From the NCBI GenBank assembly GCA_029959295.1, contig JASCOH010000004.1, forward strand, positions 229,762 through 269,761: a DNA stretch of 40,000 nt, in the 5' to 3' direction. Below the pieces are notes generated by a model. The model did no database searches. It worked only from the letters and a program-made list of their open reading frames with translations, and was not told the DNA's origin. Source of the DNA: Flavobacteriaceae bacterium PS02334 (GTDB taxonomy: Bacteria; Bacteroidota; Bacteroidia; Flavobacteriales; Flavobacteriaceae). Position numbers and translations under genes: made by a program. Positions 36,317-40,000 of this stretch are shown in pieces. Position 1 is the stretch's first letter; the number at the start of each line of letters is the position of its first letter.

Positions 36317-36945
36317 AATACAGTTTTATTAGGATTATTATCTGGTACATTGAAATAAGTGTAGACCGATTCTAAAAACAGACGGACTAATGCAAACCAA
36401 GCCATAAGCTCAGTGTGTTCCTGCAATTCAGGATCATTTTCCAAACCTCTTGCGCTTTCTAAGCTTAAATCTAAATCCTGAATTTTATGCTGGAACTTTT
36501 CGTAATAGTCTAACCCTACAACCGATACAATTATAATCAGCAGGTCGTGTACAAACTTGTCGGAACTTATTGAACGTAAAATATACCTGAGACTGTCATA
36601 ACTATAATCGCTGGGGTTTGGATTTTCCTTAAGCTCATAACAAAAATGTATCAGTAACTGGAGACAGGAGAAAAGCCCTGCTGTTTTCACATCGATTATT
36701 TCATTATCAGGAATTTCAAGTTCGCCAGAAAGTAGCTGTCCCAGTCCGTATTCCTGCAAAAGTTCGGGATACCTGTCCAGCAACAATTCGAGTTTTGGAT
36801 TTTCTAATTTTTTCAAAAGCTCCGAAATCCCCTTTTCGATATTGAACTTTTGTGAATCCTGCAGTAACATATTCAATGCTGTCTTCGCCTGCTGTGCCGA
36901 TTTTATAAGCCTTTTTCCTTTCTTAAAGTTTTCATTATTTTCCAT
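36313..36945 (-). CDS. Unknown all-helical protein X2
   Basis: 210 aa with no recognised motif. It has a 4-nt ATGA overlap with X3, which suggests translational coupling. Confidence 0.6.
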   Translation of the reverse strand: MENNENFKKGKRLIKSAQQAKTALNMLLQDSQKFNIEKGISELLKKLENPKLELLLDRYPELLQEYGLGQLLSGELEIPDNEIIDVKTAGLFSCLQLLIHFCYELKENPNPSDYSYDSLRYILRSISSDKFVHDLLIIIVSVVGLDYYEKFQHKIQDLDLSLESARGLENDPELQEHTELMAWFALVRLFLESVYTYFNVPDNNPNKTVL

Positions 36946-37014
36946 ATCATAAAAATTTAGCTTTGTTAAAGTTGGGAATGTGCAAAAGGATATTCTAATC
37001 CATTACTGGATGTA

Positions 37015-37566
37015 TTATTCTAATGGAAGGATATTCTTTTTTATCTTTTCAAGACCACTTTCACGCATAATCTGACTTGCATCAAGCATTTTGACCAAAT
37101 GGATATAGGGCGTGATCAGGTCATAATCAAATTCTTCGACATTAGGAGATAACGATATGTGTATGATTTCACAAAGAAAAAAGTCAAATTCATCTAGTGA
37201 TTTCTCTATAAATGCAATTTGAAATACTGTAAACGGATTGGCAAATTCTTCCTTTGTCAATGAAGCTCGGTGGAGAATCGATTTACAGTCAGATGCCTGC
37301 TTGACTTTCCATTTTTTTCCTTTGTTTTGCAGGTAAAAACAAGCCTTAAGAAAAGATCGAAGCGTAGTGTAAAAAACAAATACCTGTCCTGGATATTCTT
37401 TTTTGTAAACTTCCTGCTTACTGATATAAAGAACTGCTTCTGCTAATCTCTGCTTATAATGATCAAGATCCGCATAATCAAAAAAAGCATCAATTACCTC
37501 AAAAGGGTTTTCTATCTCATAGGCATACCAAAAATTCGTTTCAAAAGATATTTTATTCTTTTTCAT
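37015..37566 (-). CDS. Unknown protein X1
   Basis: Track ORF 37015..37908 (297 aa) overlaps the opposite-strand XRE gene. Its first 114 aa look like non-coding read-through, so I start at Met115 (MKKNKISFETNFWYAYEIENPF, 37566). No motif was recognised. Confidence 0.55.
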   Translation of the reverse strand: MKKNKISFETNFWYAYEIENPFEVIDAFFDYADLDHYKQRLAEAVLYISKQEVYKKEYPGQVFVFYTTLRSFLKACFYLQNKGKKWKVKQASDCKSILHRASLTKEEFANPFTVFQIAFIEKSLDEFDFFLCEIIHISLSPNVEEFDYDLITPYIHLVKMLDASQIMRESGLEKIKKNILPLE

Positions 37567-37734
37567 AATTGGAAATTTTAATATTGAGTAGCGAAGTTCT
37601 ATTCTTTGTAAAGGATAATCTATTCGGGATGCGGATATAATATCTGACAAAATGGATATTTTACAGTATATTTTTTTACCTTTGAGATTCAGATTTTTTA
37701 ATCCAAATGGCTTTATCTTTGAGCCTTTAGAAAA

Positions 37735-38154
37735 ATGACACTCGCTATGGAACAGAAAATACATCAGGGAAGAAATGTAAAACGCTTCAGGGAAATGCTC
37801 GGAATTAAACAAGAAGCATTGGCTTATGATTTGGGTGAAGACTGGAATCAGAAGAAAATTTCTATGCTGGAGCAGAAAGATGTAATTGAAGATAATCTTC
37901 TTAAACAAATCTCAGGAGCTTTAAGGATTCCTGTGGAAGCGTTTCAAAACTTTGATGAAGAACAAGCGGTAAATATCATATCCAATACTTTTAACGACCA
38001 ATCCAATGGATACAATTATTACCCAACTTTTAATGTCAATCCAGTAGAAAAATGGATTGAAGCATTAGAAGAAATTAAGCGCTTGAATTTGGAACTTTTG
38101 AAGGCCAAAGATGAACAGATTAAGGTTTTGGAAAAATTGGTTTCAAACAAGTAA
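37735..38154 (+). CDS. XRE-family helix-turn-helix regulator with C-terminal coiled-coil
   Basis: 139 aa (an alternative start is at 37747). The HTH is NVKRFREMLGIKQEALAYDLGEDWNQKKISMLEQ. It is divergent from X1-X3. Confidence 0.8.
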   Translation: MTLAMEQKIHQGRNVKRFREMLGIKQEALAYDLGEDWNQKKISMLEQKDVIEDNLLKQISGALRIPVEAFQNFDEEQAVNIISNTFNDQSNGYNYYPTFNVNPVEKWIEALEEIKRLNLELLKAKDEQIKVLEKLVSNK

Positions 38155-38366
38155 AAATATCAGTAATCTATTTTTATCAACTTAACTAAATCATAATGGG
38201 TTTACTAGATTTTATGTTAAAGGGACAAACGAAAAACAGTGGATTAAGGCTGTGGAGAGGTAAATCTGGAGATTATTGGAAAAGTAGTGGCTCTGGAAGA
38301 AAAGGTTTTACAGAATTTTTCTTTCCTAAAAAGAAAAAGTAACTTTAAGCATTATTCTTAATTAAT

Positions 38367-38396
38367 AAAAGGCTCAACTGATAAGTTGAGCCTTTT
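38367..38396. terminator. Bidirectional terminator between XRE region and integrase 3' end
   Basis: AAAAGGCTCAAC-TGATAA-GTTGAGCCTTTT, a 12-bp stem with A/T runs on both sides. Confidence 0.75.
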
Positions 38397-38417
38397 ATTA
38401 TGTGTATGTTTTAATTC

Positions 38418-39668
38418 CTATAATTGTGAAACAAAGGAACTTTCCATTCCTTTGAAATTTTCGGCTACCTTCTCCATATCTTTCCCTACTTTCTCATTCA
38501 ATATCTTCGCATAGATTTGTGTAGTTGCGATATTCTTGTGTCCCATCATCTTGCTCAGACTTTCAAGTGGAACGCCTTCGCTTAGAAAAAGCGTAGCAAA
38601 GGTGTGACGTGCCAAATGGAACGTTACCTTTTTGTTTTCAAGGCAGGTAATAAGTTGTGATATCTTATTAAGGCTTTCATTGCAGACAGTATTGGAAGGT
38701 ACTGGAAATACAAGTCCATTTTGTGAAAGACCTTCATACTTGCTGATAATCATTTTAGGGATATCCAATAACATCACATTCGATGAGGTTGCTGTTTTTC
38801 TCCTGCGAATTATAATCCATTCCCTGCCATCAAAAAACTCTTGAATATTGCTTTTCTTCAGTCCCTTCATATCAGAATAAGAAAGTCCCGTAAAACAGCT
38901 GAAAATAAAAAGGTCTTTTACCAATTCATATTTCTTTTTAATACACTCAAAAGTAACAAGCTGTTCCAATTCGCTTCGTAGTAGATAGCCACGATCTCTG
39001 TCCTTCTTGGTGTTCTTGTATTCACTGAACGGGTTGCTGGAAAGATGTTTTCTGCTTATAGCCAATCGGCAAACGGTAGTAAGCCCGATCATATAGACCC
39101 ATATTGTATTGTGTTCTAGACTTTGGTCATTACGAAGATAGTAATCGAATTCCTGAATAAATTCACAATCAATAGTATTGAATGCAATATCCGAACTTTT
39201 ATATTTCGAACGGACAAAACTTTTAAGGTGGATCAAAAGGCTTCTGTATTTTCCAAGTGTTCCGTATGCCCGAAGTCCGCTATCGACCTTTTTCTCAAAA
39301 TCCAGTATAAATCTATCGTAGAATTTGAAAAATGTCAGTTCTCCGCTTTCCATACCGAGGAAAACATCTTTCAGTTTATCGCTATTTACACTTCCATCAC
39401 TCTCCATAATTTTTGAGTGGCACTTTTCAATACCCATACGAATGCTGTCAAGTTTGGTGTTGAGGTTCTGTGCTTCCTTGCTTTTGCCCGAAACCCTGCC
39501 ATATTTCAAATCCCAAGTAGAAGCAGAAATATCCAGCTTGGCACTGAATGTGGATTGCTTGCCATTAACGGTTATCCTGCACATAACAGGCACCATTCCG
39601 TTTTTCTTTGGTGCATTCTTTTTTAGGTAGAATAATACCTTAAATGTTGATCTTTTTGTCGTTTCCAT
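38418..39668 (-). CDS. int: Tyrosine integrase, Bacteroidota CTn/IME type (Arm-binding + SAM_5 + catalytic domain)
   Basis: 416 aa. The N-terminus STFKVLFYLKKNAPKKNGMVPVMCRITVNGKQSTFS is an Arm-type domain. It also has HLARHTFATLFL and MMGHKNIATTQIYAKI. Confidence 0.9.
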   Translation of the reverse strand: METTKRSTFKVLFYLKKNAPKKNGMVPVMCRITVNGKQSTFSAKLDISASTWDLKYGRVSGKSKEAQNLNTKLDSIRMGIEKCHSKIMESDGSVNSDKLKDVFLGMESGELTFFKFYDRFILDFEKKVDSGLRAYGTLGKYRSLLIHLKSFVRSKYKSSDIAFNTIDCEFIQEFDYYLRNDQSLEHNTIWVYMIGLTTVCRLAISRKHLSSNPFSEYKNTKKDRDRGYLLRSELEQLVTFECIKKKYELVKDLFIFSCFTGLSYSDMKGLKKSNIQEFFDGREWIIIRRRKTATSSNVMLLDIPKMIISKYEGLSQNGLVFPVPSNTVCNESLNKISQLITCLENKKVTFHLARHTFATLFLSEGVPLESLSKMMGHKNIATTQIYAKILNEKVGKDMEKVAENFKGMESSFVSQL

Positions 39669-39780
39669 AACTCAAATTTCTTAATGTTAAATTAAAATTT
39701 GTCGAGCTGGGAAACAATATGAAATACAATGCAATAAACTGAAAAACAATCAAATACAAATATTCAAAGGTTTTTTAAAA

Positions 39781-39796
39781 GTAACGATTTGGTAAC
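39781..39796 (+). repeat. Right copy of the exact 16-bp direct repeat GTAACGATTTGGTAAC (candidate att core)
   Basis: Identical to 14623-14638. It lies 113 nt outside the integrase start codon. Confidence 0.4.
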
Positions 39797-39852
39797 CGAA
39801 CTTTTGTAATTCCTTGCGTTTTCTTGCTTTTAACTGCAATACCAAAAAGTGA

Positions 39853-39887
39853 AAAACAGTTGCAAATTCTTTATTTGCAACTGTTTT
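39853..39887. terminator. Strong hairpin, probable terminator just outside the candidate element end
   Basis: 13-bp perfect stem AAAACAGTTGCAA / TTGCAACTGTTTT. The minus-strand reading is followed by TTTTTCACTTTTT. Confidence 0.6.
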
Positions 39888-40000
39888 ACCTGTTTTCTAT
39901 CTTTGATGTATTTTATCTAAAACTTTATTTTAAAAAAGCGACCGGAGGAAGCTCTTTTTAAAATTTAAAAACACGGCTTTTTTGTTGAGGAGTTGGAGAG

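Noticed and set aside
37567-37908. N-terminal 114 codons of track ORF 37015..37908
   Set aside because: They overlap the well-supported XRE gene on the other strand by 174 nt and translate to an Phe/Leu/Ile-rich, non-globular sequence. The internal Met at 37566 was used instead.
38196-38342. 48-aa basic Gly/Lys-rich ORF (MGLLDFMLKGQTKNSGLRLWRGKSGDYWKSSGSGRKGFTEFFFPKKKK) between the XRE gene and the terminator
   Set aside because: It is plausibly placed, on the same strand as XRE and followed by a terminator. It is too short and unsupported by any motif, so it is left as a note rather than a feature.
14234-39796. Prophage
   Set aside because: No capsid, terminase, tail or lysis genes are present. 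The content fits an IME plus a cassette array, an IS and an intron instead.

Overview
The window looks like a Flavobacteriia (Bacteroidota) chromosome. This is inferred from gene content: a MoxR/DUF58/BatA/BatB aerotolerance operon, a Bacteroidota-type Arm/SAM_5 integrase, a MobC-like protein plus relaxase, DUF3408, and twin HTH_17 genes.

**Core, 1-14.3 kb.** This part is ordinary. It holds the Bat operon, an aldo/keto reductase, an SDR, an AlbA_2-like protein, a metallophosphoesterase, a small OM barrel, an EgtB-EgtD ergothioneine pair and an ALDH7-like dehydrogenase.

**Accessory mosaic, 14.3-39.8 kb.** It is visibly more AT-rich in places and consists of:
1. A 152-bp MITE-like repeat.
2. 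A class-C (IIC) group II intron with an RT/maturase.
3. A co-oriented minus-strand gene array. Two-gene cassettes of unknown function are separated by 127-bp structured repeats with GCATAAC...GTTATGC termini, long inverted arms and compensatory base changes. An IS1182-family element sits exactly at one repeat boundary.
4. A Crp / AhpD-like / DUF417 redox module with a truncated AhpD-like remnant.
5. A divergently oriented IntI/XerD-like tyrosine recombinase.
6. An integrative mobilizable element of about 15 kb. It carries a relaxase, a MobC-like protein, a candidate oriT, DUF3408, an AbiEii-type NTase pair, twin HTH_17 genes, an overlapping DUF262 and DUF262+DUF1524 (GmrSD-like) pair, an XRE regulator divergent from a three-gene operon of unknown proteins, and a terminal integrase.

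An exact 16-bp direct repeat (14623 and 39781) may bound the whole accessory block. I saw no rRNA, tRNA or CRISPR array.

The two best candidates for an undescribed system are the integron-like structured-repeat cassette array with its recombinase, and the XRE-linked three-gene operon next to the DUF262 pair.

All family assignments rest on motifs read by eye from the translations. No database search was run.
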